A stretch of DNA of 54,867 nucleotides from a virus. Lineage: Duplodnaviria; Caudoviricetes. The notes beneath the pieces were generated by a model. It made no database searches and had not been told where the DNA came from. It saw nothing but the letters and a program-made list of their open reading frames with translations. Location: positions 1 through 54,867 of the IMG/VR virus record IMGVR_UViG_3300043434_000561. One strand, 5' to 3'. Both the position numbers and the translations under genes were made by a program. Positions 44,301-49,952 of the stretch are shown here, one piece after another (position 1 is the first letter of the stretch; each line of letters opens with the position of its first letter).

Positions 44301-47021
44301 GTCAACAAGGCGCTTGAGCTTGGACGCCTGACCTCGACGGTGTTCTCGAAAGAGGCGCTGGCCGGTGGCGTGACCAATACCGGCACGCGCAAGGTTGTCG
44401 TCATTGACGAGAAAGGCAAACCGAAAACCGCAGAGGTTCCGGTCAATGCGCTTCTGTCCGTCAAAGGCGAGATTATCAAGCTCACCGACGCAGAGATCGC
44501 CGCATACCAAGACCTGCGCTCGATGTTTGATCGTGCTCTGGACCTGATGCGCGACCAGACGCTCGAGGAACTGGGCTTTGCCGAGTTCATCAATCAGCCA
44601 AACGCCGCCAAGGCGATCCGTGAGCTAATTACCGACCAGACCCCGGCCGACCAGGCCGAACGGCTGAGCAACATCGCAAGCTTTGTCGCTGAGATCGAGC
44701 AGGCCAAGCGGGCCGGATATGTGCCGTTTGCCCGGTATGGCGATTACGTCGTAACGGTCAAAGAGAAGATTGCCGATCTCGAGTACGCCGAGGACAGCGC
44801 CTCTCACCTGATCGTGACGAACGCGCCCGAGTCGTTTGCCGATGAAATGCTGTCTCTCGGTGCCGAGCAGACCAAAGAGGGATGGCGGATCAAGAAGTCT
44901 CAAAAGAAGGACGTTGAGCGCCTGACCGAGCAGACCGTCTATTCCGCCAAGGTCGAAACCGGCCTCACGGACTTCATGGCCGAGCGACGCGCTCAGAACG
45001 TGGACGACATTCCGGCCGTCAAGGCAGCGATTGAAAAGGCCCGCACCGAGCATGTCGGGAATAACCCTCGCCGTCGGATCGTAGCCTTTAAGACCCGCGA
45101 GAAGAAGGCAGACACCCAGGTTCGGCTCTCCGATGTCGATGCCTTGGCCGAGGTGGCCTCGATTGACAACGCGACGTGGGATGCCGTTCGCGACAAGCTG
45201 GCCGACGCCATCAAGGCCCGCAGCTTCCGCAAGCACTTCTTTCATTCCGACAACGTGCCCGGATACACCGGAGACTTTGAGCGATCGATCTCGGACTACG
45301 TGATCGGCATGGCCGGCTACCTTTCGCGCCGCCAGCACATGAAGCGGTGGGATAACACGGTGTCGGCGGTTGAGGCAAAGCCCAAGCTGTTCCAGTACGC
45401 CTCGAAATACCGGGAGTATGTGAACAACCCGCAGGAAGAACTGGCGATGGTGCGCCAGATCGGTTTCTTCTCGTACATCGCCGGTGTCATGGCCACGGCC
45501 TTTGCCAACCTGACGCAGGTGCCGCTCATGACGGTGCCGACCCTTTCTCAGGTTGCCCCGGTCCCGCTGGTCGTCAAGGAAACCGTCAGGGCGTACAAAG
45601 ACGCCATCGCCATGTTGGGCAAGCCGTCTCGCGTTGGGCTCGATATGTTCGATCCCAACAAGGCTCCGGCAGACGTGCGCGAGGCTCTGAAAGAGGCCTG
45701 GGCCGAAGGGGCTTTCGTTCCGCTCGAAACCTTCGACCTGATGATGACGGCCCGGCAGCGCAACGTCGGTACTCGAAAAGGCGTCAAGGCGTTCAACACG
45801 GCAACCCAGGTTGTCGCGGTGGCCTTCACGTTTGCCGAGCGCATGAACCGCCTGGTGACGTTCATCGCGGCCGCACGCCTGGCCGATAAGCGGGCTGTCC
45901 GGGAGAGTGCAACCAAGACCCTTGGCGGCGATGCGCTTGCCCGCCAGACGGTCCTGGGACGCAACTGGACGCCGAAAAACTTTGCCGAATGGGCCATTGA
46001 CGAGTCGCAATACCGCATGGGCAAGGCCAACCGCCCGACCATGATGCGTGGCGTCGGCTCCGCCATCATGCAGTTTAAGGGCTTCATGCTTCAGACCTTT
46101 GAAGCCTGGTACCGCATGACGGCCCTGCATGGTCGCTCCGGCAAGTTTGCGGCGGCATCCTCGATCATGGCCCTTTACGCAATGGCCGGTCTTTGGGGAT
46201 TGCCTGGTGCGGAGGATCTTCGCAAGCTGCTCGAGGCGATCTACAAGCAGATCACCAAGAAGGATCTCGATCTCAAGACCGAGCTTCGCGCCTGGATTGC
46301 CAGAACGTCGGGCAGCAACGCCATCGGGCAGATCGTCTCCAAGGGCGTGAGCTACCCGCTTGGCGTGGACATGACGCGGGTTGGTATGGGCAATGTGGTG
46401 CCGGATTCGCCACTCGCCGCAGCCGGTATCCCGTTCGATATGCTGATCGGCCGCCCGACACGAGCGTTTGAGAAGGGGTCGTCCGGGGATTACGCGGGAG
46501 CCGTGGCGGAGTTTACGCCAAACTTCATGAAGAACATGATCGTGTCCGGTGGCTGGAAGGTTGATGGCGTCAGGGACAAGCAGGGCAACCGCATCCTTGC
46601 GCCGGAGGACTTATCGGGGGCCGACCTGGCCATGCGGGCAACCGGCTTCCAGCCGTCGATTGTGACGGACGTGCGCGATTATGAGTACGCGCAGCGCCGC
46701 CAGGAGACAGCCGTTGACGGGTTGAAGCGCAGCTACACCAACAAGATCGCCAAAACCATTGCCGAGATGGATCGGACTGAAGATCCCGAGAAGCTCAGGG
46801 AGCTCGATCAGCGCCTCGACGAAATCTATGCCGACATCGACGAGCACAACGCCAAGGCCGATCCCGAGCAGGTTATCAAGATCGGCGTGCGGGCGATCCG
46901 CAACCGCGTGGCGCGTGAAATGGAAGGCGTTAAATCGACGTGGGGCCAGGAGCGCAAGGCTGCCAGGGGCTCGGCTGAGGAACTGCGCGGCGTGTTCGGG
47001 CTAGATGAGGACGATGAGTAG
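32382..47021 (+). CDS. giant DarB-like polyvalent virion protein (SLT, N6-adenine MTase, SNF2 helicase, RNase-like, HExxH peptidase, ART-like, PLxRFG)
   Basis: HQESRYN/GMMQ (SLT); VLEPSVGVGNF and NPPF (MTase); HVVGAGKT, DEMH, PWRPSDLEQREGR (SF2); GLKHITARH..WLLSAY; LHEMFH; VYHGS..FYFT; YVPFARYG. Confidence 0.92.
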   Translation: MAKNSFLQSPFDNITPAETLPGQQTQTPQELPEIQQTPAADTRQPTKVNNFLPPADVRPIFEAAAQEFDVPVNVLMALGHQESRYNAQAIGPTTQWGRAKGMMQYLDSTAKGMGINPFAPEEAIPAAAKQIRERLDKGYSMEDAVKEHFAGPDRKLWGPKTDAYGREVMQKVGMIGEALGTGEAGAPQRNLQAELDAEEPGRYRVINPADDRLLFRLQENFDAEQIAKNGLPKPEAAKAPEGFIDRSSQALSRGYDNTVQNLATARFAIGAGGDSAELSEALAKKFAEEQKRTKTAGEKEIDDAFQRVTDAKGAWNTTVEGLKAIGTAITNPEDLAVGIIEQTPNMLPTLGAGAAGAGGGAAVGGVIANVPGAITGAIIGGRTGMATGTTATELGAEVEQMILERLGEAKQAPTAANIKSLLDDKTFQSEALERGLKKGLTVAAVDQIFFGLTGKVAGKAATATTIPKKIGLGTGAVALDATGEVAGEAASQKVARGEVDAGDALREGVYGLGQSVVETGISAAARSAKAAANTLRGEPGAPAPTSDPTSTPPTATAPTATPAPAAPAPRSAASGPLSRSIENAAENSTAEQAPPRVTVTAPEGQITGFMESYQEDGQGGFAARVLGDDGQVYQFTSADQVTISQEPAAPQAGPLTQAVEKAADETVVAPVQPEPTQTAPAAPAVQIDNSAERLAEMTEPQLRERLKYIADQAKASGGWNKLFVTERKKVEREINSRAKPVEQAADVIRFNEGKPEATALPKDLAGAKPRYSYGSKQFDLTFASDFDRAAFITAQKDPSSRNADYLNFAMQASGLSEAEVRAHGQAVKDAIKSQAKDAEPGTLNVPEIARGAAAPEATTQAEPARDEQAGKWFGSREKADAYIAKKNINATHEIVQTGKARFEIKPKEITDGNNQRTVGQPDGAEETLQQADAGQAQGAAVQSAVGQDEGQAEVGVTSNVAEREKPETQEEPTDGTQATQTEQAEAQGQEAPANTSVTQSPLNPEWNRFTYKSVTVDFATSPNNKAISVYDIISSSRRSGEAREALLELKKRYETLQAEGVVEDSAEAIAFWQRMLDEGIADKAVLTDGRTLEKARTPAELQPTQTAAAVNAQFSNNKIFTADKVEAARARLKSKLSQLNSGIDPEVMIDGMTIAGAYIEGGVREFSAYAKAMVADFGDAIKPYLLSFYEGARNYPGLNTEGMSSVDDAKRMHSGMITPADTQIEAVGEIAQKPAKRTKKTGAKSDMTLTQDWGVDAINGYSDDYNRETGNTVKDAFLKEARSYLTAVAGVLTEQGYTPYTDAKGRPEKMVSVNESGIAGSGEVTLTLAGPDGIGAYVHISESSLRGVVPTTPSGIAIMFRAAKEGDKFGGKGQNRWAPVDLSAADLAALVDKTVKAEVANAARQPTIPQGEPRNANTPQPEGVPAGDPRGAQDNAAVGDRNREQMDLGLAAGGQGTTESGQVPGSAQGAGTGGTGRAQQAGQQPPGETRDRAGVRAESEPTGSDTDFVIDAEDIGKGGLTKKYRDNVGAIRILKAMEAEGRVATPDERKQLAKYVGWGAMKGPFDPDNKQWAKQHAELKELLTDAEFRAARKSTLDAHYTSPIAVGAMYDAMARLGFNGGRVLEPSVGVGNFFGLMPAAMRNASQLFGVELDSLTSRMVAALYPKANVAKAIGFEDFQIPSGYFDAVIGNPPFGSQPLVDSERSPYSGFSIHNYFLAKGIDKLRPGGIMQVVVSHNFLDANDGRARKWISERADLIAGVRLPNTAFQENAGTQVVTDILIFQKREPGAAAKNLSWVNVGNQTNTNPKTGETATHKVNQFFIANPQFVLGTPSAGGTMYTANEYTVEPSGDLKEQLSGWVKTIPENVYAPVERKPEAITDMAVPDGIKVGSFYVDASGEIMQRGEDVMGNKTTNPWTAPNAKAAERMKGLIALREALRTQMRLERSLDSTEAAIEANRADLNRLYDAFLKAHGHINSQMNRRIFLDDTEAQLVQALEFDYDKGISKAVAEREGIEPREPSATKADIFQRRVAFPPQDFLTVSTAKDALLASLNYRGKVDMAYMAEVYGKTDKEIFDELGDVVYDDPLSGIVTADEYLSGDVKTKLAEAKAAGAKYQRNVEALEKVIPVDKKPSEISVSIGAAFVPADVYEQFVKHISGGEAKAAYVKATGQWVMSFTGQTEPALNVGKFGTDQLSAQDLFQLSMLGRGAVVKKTIRNADGSTTTILLEKETEAAREKQNAIKAEWQSWLWNDAARADLIASTYNDKMNRIVERKYDGSHMTFPGMNQAIKLLEHQKNGVWRGLQSYQVLYDHVVGAGKTFEMATLAMEMRRLGIARKPVFVVPNHLTLQWRSEFTRLYPGSNVLAATPEDFSKDNRERLFSKIITGDWDAVVIGHSSLKKIGLPEATEKAVLQEQIDEVAAAIEDMKRQRGDRNIIRDMEGIRSRLEARMKEKLSAIGKRSKVVTFDELGLDAMFVDEMHEFKNLSYNSTMDRNPGMGNPNGSAKAFDLFVKVRWLFDTFGEKTPFITATGTPVSNSLVEMYNMQRYMQYPTLKREGLHVFDAWAKQFGSVENVYEVAPSGSGYRQSTRFAKFTNLPGLMSLYNSFADTITLDDLKAQEEAQGKRFPVPKMVGGKPQIVVAQRSPAVSNLMGVPTAETDEAGNIKFLADLNGQILIEQKPDTGKWTAKVGESYLGEFETEQDARMKIVERAVTPEVKVDPESILGRFGRLRELTKETKGKVNALSLTGEANKAGLDYRLVNPAAPDFPGSKINLAVDNMVRIYKQWAGDKGTQLVFCDLSIPLSARASYSSKARRLYVRDDAGSLEMKRGTMHTLEGQESLPYFVVQRGEKDLKRFDVYDAASGRLVGRDFRAKQDAIDDANARLADENRRQAWINQRETAGEITQEAIDEYNNDNDIEADGIEAFTREDIAGVSGAAKFSVYDDIKAKLIAKGIPEREIAFIHDYSTPAAKDKLFKAVNSGEIRFLLGSTPKMGAGTNVQKRLVGLHHIDAPWRPSDLEQREGRIIRRGNELYERNPDGFEVFIGRYATEQTYDTRRWQILEHKARGIEQLRNFDGSINEIDDIEGEAANAADMKAAASGDPLILEETRLKNDVRRLEQLQAAHADDVLAMNRKAKSADEYAKVSGPRQLKEVNELIETVKKNPLDKEGFAPITVDGKKFADKESAQKEIFDAMSLVRSNLRREASIVYRGIEFNLSIGYGTTVVADSPTGNIGTWTAAEPFSSSGFVQRMANYANRLPSMADSVKDNIEKSARDAVALREQAKAPFQQAADLEATREEYKKVQRALLAKGPAVPESQKPAVAAGIQAQKARLEALGFGEQLREFFDNTEGEVRYSVRDDGLTEAEFGPVYTGLDTPAAIDRLMGNQSGEAIVSRPDLGEISLVYGNGNAGLKHITARHGNDILNRLPDLLANGKVYTKDGQANRVFIGNERDEAVIRLDWNGQAKTWLLSAYEKYPNLKAGQGAEVSRRSQTVAERTSAGLTAAGARQAVTTGIVGPVISRLIDNGSIVLHQTTKTLPKGIGGNVRGIQAVTTPDGKVHLVASAVTQQTARAVMLHEMFHKGGERLIGSVEWSKLMGRLGTLYRQSEQSTGRAREFFDRARARVAAAKRQGAVATRMEVEEFAAYAIEEYERAPQSLPAAIRKWVEDLIGLVKSWMVKSYGKQLGQVTPAQLAAFAKFAVMDMAAERRKEMFGPVGMMFSAADPINSPAFKRWFGKSKVVDANGKPLVVYHGSPSEFYKFDPYASMDGGFYFTGDRRLAESFSKDEAGERITLHEVYLSLQNPKTIDLRGEQQPDQDAMRSMFEQAKSDGHDGVVLLNVREFNGTGTQYVAFRPEQIKSAIGNDGSFDPTNPDIRYSVSPEQADAMIDEASKALDETGPAAKEDYIGRVVGDMSLGARLIVHPRTVAAVHPEFTPVYRTAISQMETRDEIIADLGKDVTAYHQLPQASKENVNKALELGRLTSTVFSKEALAGGVTNTGTRKVVVIDEKGKPKTAEVPVNALLSVKGEIIKLTDAEIAAYQDLRSMFDRALDLMRDQTLEELGFAEFINQPNAAKAIRELITDQTPADQAERLSNIASFVAEIEQAKRAGYVPFARYGDYVVTVKEKIADLEYAEDSASHLIVTNAPESFADEMLSLGAEQTKEGWRIKKSQKKDVERLTEQTVYSAKVETGLTDFMAERRAQNVDDIPAVKAAIEKARTEHVGNNPRRRIVAFKTREKKADTQVRLSDVDALAEVASIDNATWDAVRDKLADAIKARSFRKHFFHSDNVPGYTGDFERSISDYVIGMAGYLSRRQHMKRWDNTVSAVEAKPKLFQYASKYREYVNNPQEELAMVRQIGFFSYIAGVMATAFANLTQVPLMTVPTLSQVAPVPLVVKETVRAYKDAIAMLGKPSRVGLDMFDPNKAPADVREALKEAWAEGAFVPLETFDLMMTARQRNVGTRKGVKAFNTATQVVAVAFTFAERMNRLVTFIAAARLADKRAVRESATKTLGGDALARQTVLGRNWTPKNFAEWAIDESQYRMGKANRPTMMRGVGSAIMQFKGFMLQTFEAWYRMTALHGRSGKFAAASSIMALYAMAGLWGLPGAEDLRKLLEAIYKQITKKDLDLKTELRAWIARTSGSNAIGQIVSKGVSYPLGVDMTRVGMGNVVPDSPLAAAGIPFDMLIGRPTRAFEKGSSGDYAGAVAEFTPNFMKNMIVSGGWKVDGVRDKQGNRILAPEDLSGADLAMRATGFQPSIVTDVRDYEYAQRRQETAVDGLKRSYTNKIAKTIAEMDRTEDPEKLRELDQRLDEIYADIDEHNAKADPEQVIKIGVRAIRNRVAREMEGVKSTWGQERKAARGSAEELRGVFGLDEDDE
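35113..35250 (+). CDS. nested +1-frame ORF A (45 aa)
   Basis: AAGGAG RBS; MATTNVPSGSPMAQKKHSNKPMQDKPREPLFNPLLDRMKDKPKSA. Confidence 0.5.
   Translation: MATTNVPSGSPMAQKKHSNKPMQDKPREPLFNPLLDRMKDKPKSA
35302..35373 (+). CDS. nested +1-frame ORF B (23 aa, very basic)
   Basis: GAGGA RBS; MALKPLKPSKQKRKDRKRLPTQA. Confidence 0.4.
   Translation: MALKPLKPSKQKRKDRKRLPTQA
36625..36909 (+). CDS. nested +1-frame ORF C (94 aa, globular)
   Basis: AAGGAG RBS (alternative in-frame start at 36583 with GAGGTG); G/C-ending codons in the nested frame; protein-like composition AIEIANRWILGWP. Confidence 0.72.
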   Translation: MQTLHNPKAYPPEIREALKTMPPLAIEIANRWILGWPQAVKELLKAGRYLEALKAQEREERDVLSRPGNSHLARHEIVQEYGLSLSPPEVTPTS

Positions 47022-47147
47022 GACCAGCGCGACGTAGGCGATGATGTAGAGGACACCGAGCCGGGCAATCCTGGCTCGGGCTGTCCGCGATGTCTGCGCC
47101 GGGAACTGAAACGCGATCTCGATGTCGCGGATGGGTTTATCGCTCAT
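47001..47147 (-). CDS. 48-aa tail-anchored membrane peptide (not in ORF track)
   Basis: AGGA RBS; MSDKPIRDIEIAFQFP...LGVLYIIAYVALVLLIVLI; overlaps the darB-like 3' end by 21 nt. Confidence 0.55.
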   Translation of the reverse strand: MSDKPIRDIEIAFQFPAQTSRTARARIARLGVLYIIAYVALVLLIVLI

Positions 47148-47159
47148 GGTGTGATCCTA

Positions 47160-47438
47160 TCATTCCTTGCCCATGCGCTTCACGGCTTCGCGCACCCGCA
47201 GGGCCCGCTTTATTTCTTCCTCGGCGGCCTTTGACACCACCTCGCGAATAAAAGACGCCTTCGAGAAAATCACCTTGTTCTCGATAAGCCAGTCCAATTG
47301 CAGCATCAGCGGCTCCGGAATCGGGGTGTTCAAGCCGATCTTGCGCGTGGGATCTCCCTTGGACCAGGGCGCGCCATCCGCTTTCTTGCGTGGTTTTTGG
47401 TCCGGGCGCACCTTCCGGCGTGGGGTGATGTTAACCAT
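47160..47438 (-). CDS. ribbon-helix-helix-like DNA-binding protein
   Basis: APW...KIGLNTPIPEPLMLQLDWL...SKASFIREVV pattern. Confidence 0.65.
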   Translation of the reverse strand: MVNITPRRKVRPDQKPRKKADGAPWSKGDPTRKIGLNTPIPEPLMLQLDWLIENKVIFSKASFIREVVSKAAEEEIKRALRVREAVKRMGKE

Positions 47439-47532
47439 CCGCGTCTCCCGTTTCGCACCAATCAGTACCGCATTGCACTAATGACCTTGACATGGATTGA
47501 CGCAAACCGGGAGGCGATTATGGAAATTTTGT

Positions 47533-47636
47533 GGTTCCAAACTATAACCACTAGAGGTAAAATCTCACCATGTCAGTTGAGGGTGGGTCATCACTATGAA
47601 AAAAAGCAACGCGCCGGATGGTTCAGATCTCCCACC
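47533..47636. promoter_or_regulatory. operators in the divergent RHH / lysis intergenic region
   Basis: GGTT-N9-AACC 47533-47549, AGAG-N9-CACC 47553-47569, GGTT-N9-CACC 47620-47636. Confidence 0.65.
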
Positions 47637-47698
47637 GTCCCCTTATTCATTTATTACCCGCGTTTGGGTGTGGATTTTATCGGTTCTGGGGTGTCGGC

Positions 47699-48037
47699 AT
47701 GGCAAATGACCCCAGATCTCCGTTTCAAGATCCGACACTTGCGATCCTGAACCATCGTGTCGAGGCAATGCACGATGATGTTTCCGAGCTGCGTGCAGTC
47801 CTCAAAGAGCTATCGGTCGCCATCACCAGACTAGCCCTCGTTGAAGAACGCCAGGGGCAATCCGCAGAAGCCCAGGAACGTGCTTTCAAGGTTCTCGAAA
47901 CCCTTGAGAGACGAGTCACCGCCCTGGAAAACCGTGTTCCCGAGACCGATCGCACAAAGATTTGGATGGATAGAGCCGTTCTGGCCATCATTTTTTCTGT
48001 GTTCGTCTTTGTCGCAAAGAAGGTTGGACTGCTGTGA
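47699..48037 (+). CDS. coiled-coil plus TM protein (holin/antiholin-associated)
   Basis: Coiled coil followed by AVLAIIFSVFVFV; first gene of the lysis cassette. Confidence 0.7.
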   Translation: MANDPRSPFQDPTLAILNHRVEAMHDDVSELRAVLKELSVAITRLALVEERQGQSAEAQERAFKVLETLERRVTALENRVPETDRTKIWMDRAVLAIIFSVFVFVAKKVGLL

Positions 48038-48240
48038 AGTTGAACGGTAACTGGCGTGACATCATCAAGAAGGCATGGAGCGTCCGCTTCATTGCTCTCG
48101 CCGGATTTCTCTCCGGCCTCGAGGCCATCCTCCCATTCTTCCATCGCTCATTCCCGCCTGGCGTCTTTGCCGGGCTCAGTTTCTTTGCCGTCGCCGGTGC
48201 CTTCGTCGCCCGGATCGTCGCTCAGAAAGACCTGCCATGA
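48034..48240 (+). CDS. putative holin (2 TM)
   Basis: NWRDIIKKAWSVRF...ARIVAQKDL; immediately upstream of the endolysin. Confidence 0.78.
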   Translation: MKLNGNWRDIIKKAWSVRFIALAGFLSGLEAILPFFHRSFPPGVFAGLSFFAVAGAFVARIVAQKDLP

Positions 48241-48743
48241 AGCACCCGAAGATTGCCATTGCGGCTTTGTCGCTGTCCGCTGCTGGCCTTGTGACCATGG
48301 CCGTCAATGAGGGCTTTACCGACCGCGCCATCATCCCGACCAAAGGCGATGTGCCGACCTATGGCTTTGGCTCCACGACCAGGCCCGACGGCAGCGCGGT
48401 TCAGATGGGCGACAAGATTACCCCGGTGGCCGCGCTCGTGCGCAAGATGGATTACGTCCAGAAGGGCGAGGCCAGGATGAAGCAATGCGTCCGGGCACCG
48501 CTGTCGCAGCAAGAGTATGATGTCTACGTGGATATGTTCTACAACATCGGGCCGGGCGCGTTCTGTTCGAGCACCATGGTCAAGCGCTTAAACGCAGGCG
48601 ACTACAAGGGCGCCTGTGACGCCATCTTGCTGTTCAAAAGGGTAGGGCAGCAGGACTGCTCGATTGCCGGCAACAAGATCTGTTGGGGCCTGTGGGAGCG
48701 CCGCCTGGCGAGCCACAAGAAGTGCATGGAGGCGCAGCAGTGA
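48237..48743 (+). CDS. SAR endolysin, GH24 lysozyme
   Basis: N-terminal SAR IAIAALSLSAAGLV; E-x10-D-x2-T-like NEGF...GDVPTYGFGST; YNIGPGAFCSST; GLWERR. Confidence 0.9.
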   Translation: MKHPKIAIAALSLSAAGLVTMAVNEGFTDRAIIPTKGDVPTYGFGSTTRPDGSAVQMGDKITPVAALVRKMDYVQKGEARMKQCVRAPLSQQEYDVYVDMFYNIGPGAFCSSTMVKRLNAGDYKGACDAILLFKRVGQQDCSIAGNKICWGLWERRLASHKKCMEAQQ

Positions 48744-49225
48744 TCGCCGCAAGGCAGATCGTCATGCTTGCGTCCGCTGCGGCTCTGATCGCGATTTTGG
48801 GCGTCACTCATGGCTTTGCCTACCGCCACGGCAAGGCAGTGGTCCAGGCCAGGCTCGATGCCGAGATCATCCGGCAGTCGCAAGCCGCCATCAAGGCCGA
48901 GCAGGAAGCCCGCGCCAAGGAGCAATCCCTTCAAGAAGCCAAACAGAAAGCCGAGGCCGAATATGCCGAAACCAAAAAGAAAGCGGCTTCTGATGCCGCT
49001 CTTGCTAACTCTGAGCTTGAGCGCTTGCGCGACGCACTCGCCTCCCGTGATCGTGCAGCCAGCCAAGATCCCGCCACCGAGCGCAGAGCTTATGGAGCCA
49101 CCGTCGAAAGAAAGTTATTCGGAGAATGTGCGCAAGCGCTTGTTGGAATGGCAAGCGATGCTCAGATAATCAAGGACAGGCTTGTTGGTTTGCAGAGTTA
49201 CGTAAGGAATGTCTGCCTCAAATAA
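48740..49225 (+). CDS. i-spanin (Rz-like)
   Basis: N-terminal TM, coiled coil, C-terminal GLQSYVRNVC. Confidence 0.85.
   Translation: MIAARQIVMLASAAALIAILGVTHGFAYRHGKAVVQARLDAEIIRQSQAAIKAEQEARAKEQSLQEAKQKAEAEYAETKKKAASDAALANSELERLRDALASRDRAASQDPATERRAYGATVERKLFGECAQALVGMASDAQIIKDRLVGLQSYVRNVCLK
48963..49169 (+). CDS. o-spanin (Rz1-like lipoprotein) embedded in +1 frame
   Basis: Signal peptide with lipobox LSAC, proline-rich mature region. Confidence 0.82.
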   Translation: MPKPKRKRLLMPLLLTLSLSACATHSPPVIVQPAKIPPPSAELMEPPSKESYSENVRKRLLEWQAMLR

Positions 49226-49227
49226 TT

Positions 49228-49656
49228 ATGGATGACCGAAAAGACACCAACCCCAAAGACGCGATAGGAATTCGCAAGTCTCCACTCTCGACCGTACCGG
49301 CCAACGTGATTGCCGAAATCGGCGTGGCCATGCTGGAAGGAAGCTGCAAGTACGGCAGGCACAACTACCGCGCCTCCGGCGTCCGCGCCTCCGTCTACTA
49401 CGATGCCGCCATGCGCCACCTGATGTCGTGGTGGGAGGGCGAGGACATCGACCGGGATTCGGGTTTGTCCCATATCACCAAGCTGCTTGCCTGCATGACG
49501 GTCCTGCGCGACGCCATGCACCAGGGGATGCTCACCGATGACAGGCCGCCGCGCTCCGAGACGTTCTATGACGCGCTCAACGCGCTCTCGGCCGAGATTA
49601 TCGACCGTTACGCCGACAAGACGCCGCGCCACTACACCATCGAGGACTCGAAGTGA
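49228..49656 (+). CDS. dATP/dGTP diphosphohydrolase-domain protein (DUF5664-like)
   Basis: NPKDAIGIRK...GSCKYGRHNYR...AAMRHL..WWEGEDID.DSGLSH. Confidence 0.82.
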   Translation: MDDRKDTNPKDAIGIRKSPLSTVPANVIAEIGVAMLEGSCKYGRHNYRASGVRASVYYDAAMRHLMSWWEGEDIDRDSGLSHITKLLACMTVLRDAMHQGMLTDDRPPRSETFYDALNALSAEIIDRYADKTPRHYTIEDSK

Positions 49657-49952
49657 GCCTATTGACGGCGCTCGGCCTGGCGTCGTTGCTCTTTGTGGTG
49701 GGGTTTACCTGGCACGCCTGCATGAGCAGCAACCAGGGGGCAGGGCAGACCCGTAAGCAGTCGATGATCGAGGCCTGGACCAACATCGTCATCGGGTTCT
49801 CGGTCAACTATGTGGCCAACTACCTGTTTCTGCCGCTCGTCGGCGCGAGCTTCACGATGGCCGAGAATTTCTGGATCGGCTGGCTCTACACCGCCGTGTC
49901 CATCATCCGTCAGTACGTCATTCGCCGGTTCTACAACCGGCGCCACCGCTAG
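49653..49952 (+). CDS. small membrane protein
   Basis: QTRKQSMIEAWTNIVIGF...SIIRQYVIRRFYN; about 3 TM segments. Confidence 0.75.
   Translation: MSLLTALGLASLLFVVGFTWHACMSSNQGAGQTRKQSMIEAWTNIVIGFSVNYVANYLFLPLVGASFTMAENFWIGWLYTAVSIIRQYVIRRFYNRRHR

Noticed and set aside
37761-46130. Long minus-strand ORFs (399, 341, 579 and 501 aa) inside the giant gene
   Set aside because: They mirror the sense codons, a typical GC3 artefact; unlike the +1 nested ORFs they show no evident RBS or protein-like motifs.
48963-49169. Embedded +1 ORF in the lysis region as a novelty
   Set aside because: It is the well-known Rz/Rz1 embedded spanin arrangement.
49228-49656. Z-genome (2-aminoadenine) pathway
   Set aside because: No PurZ or dedicated polymerase in the window.
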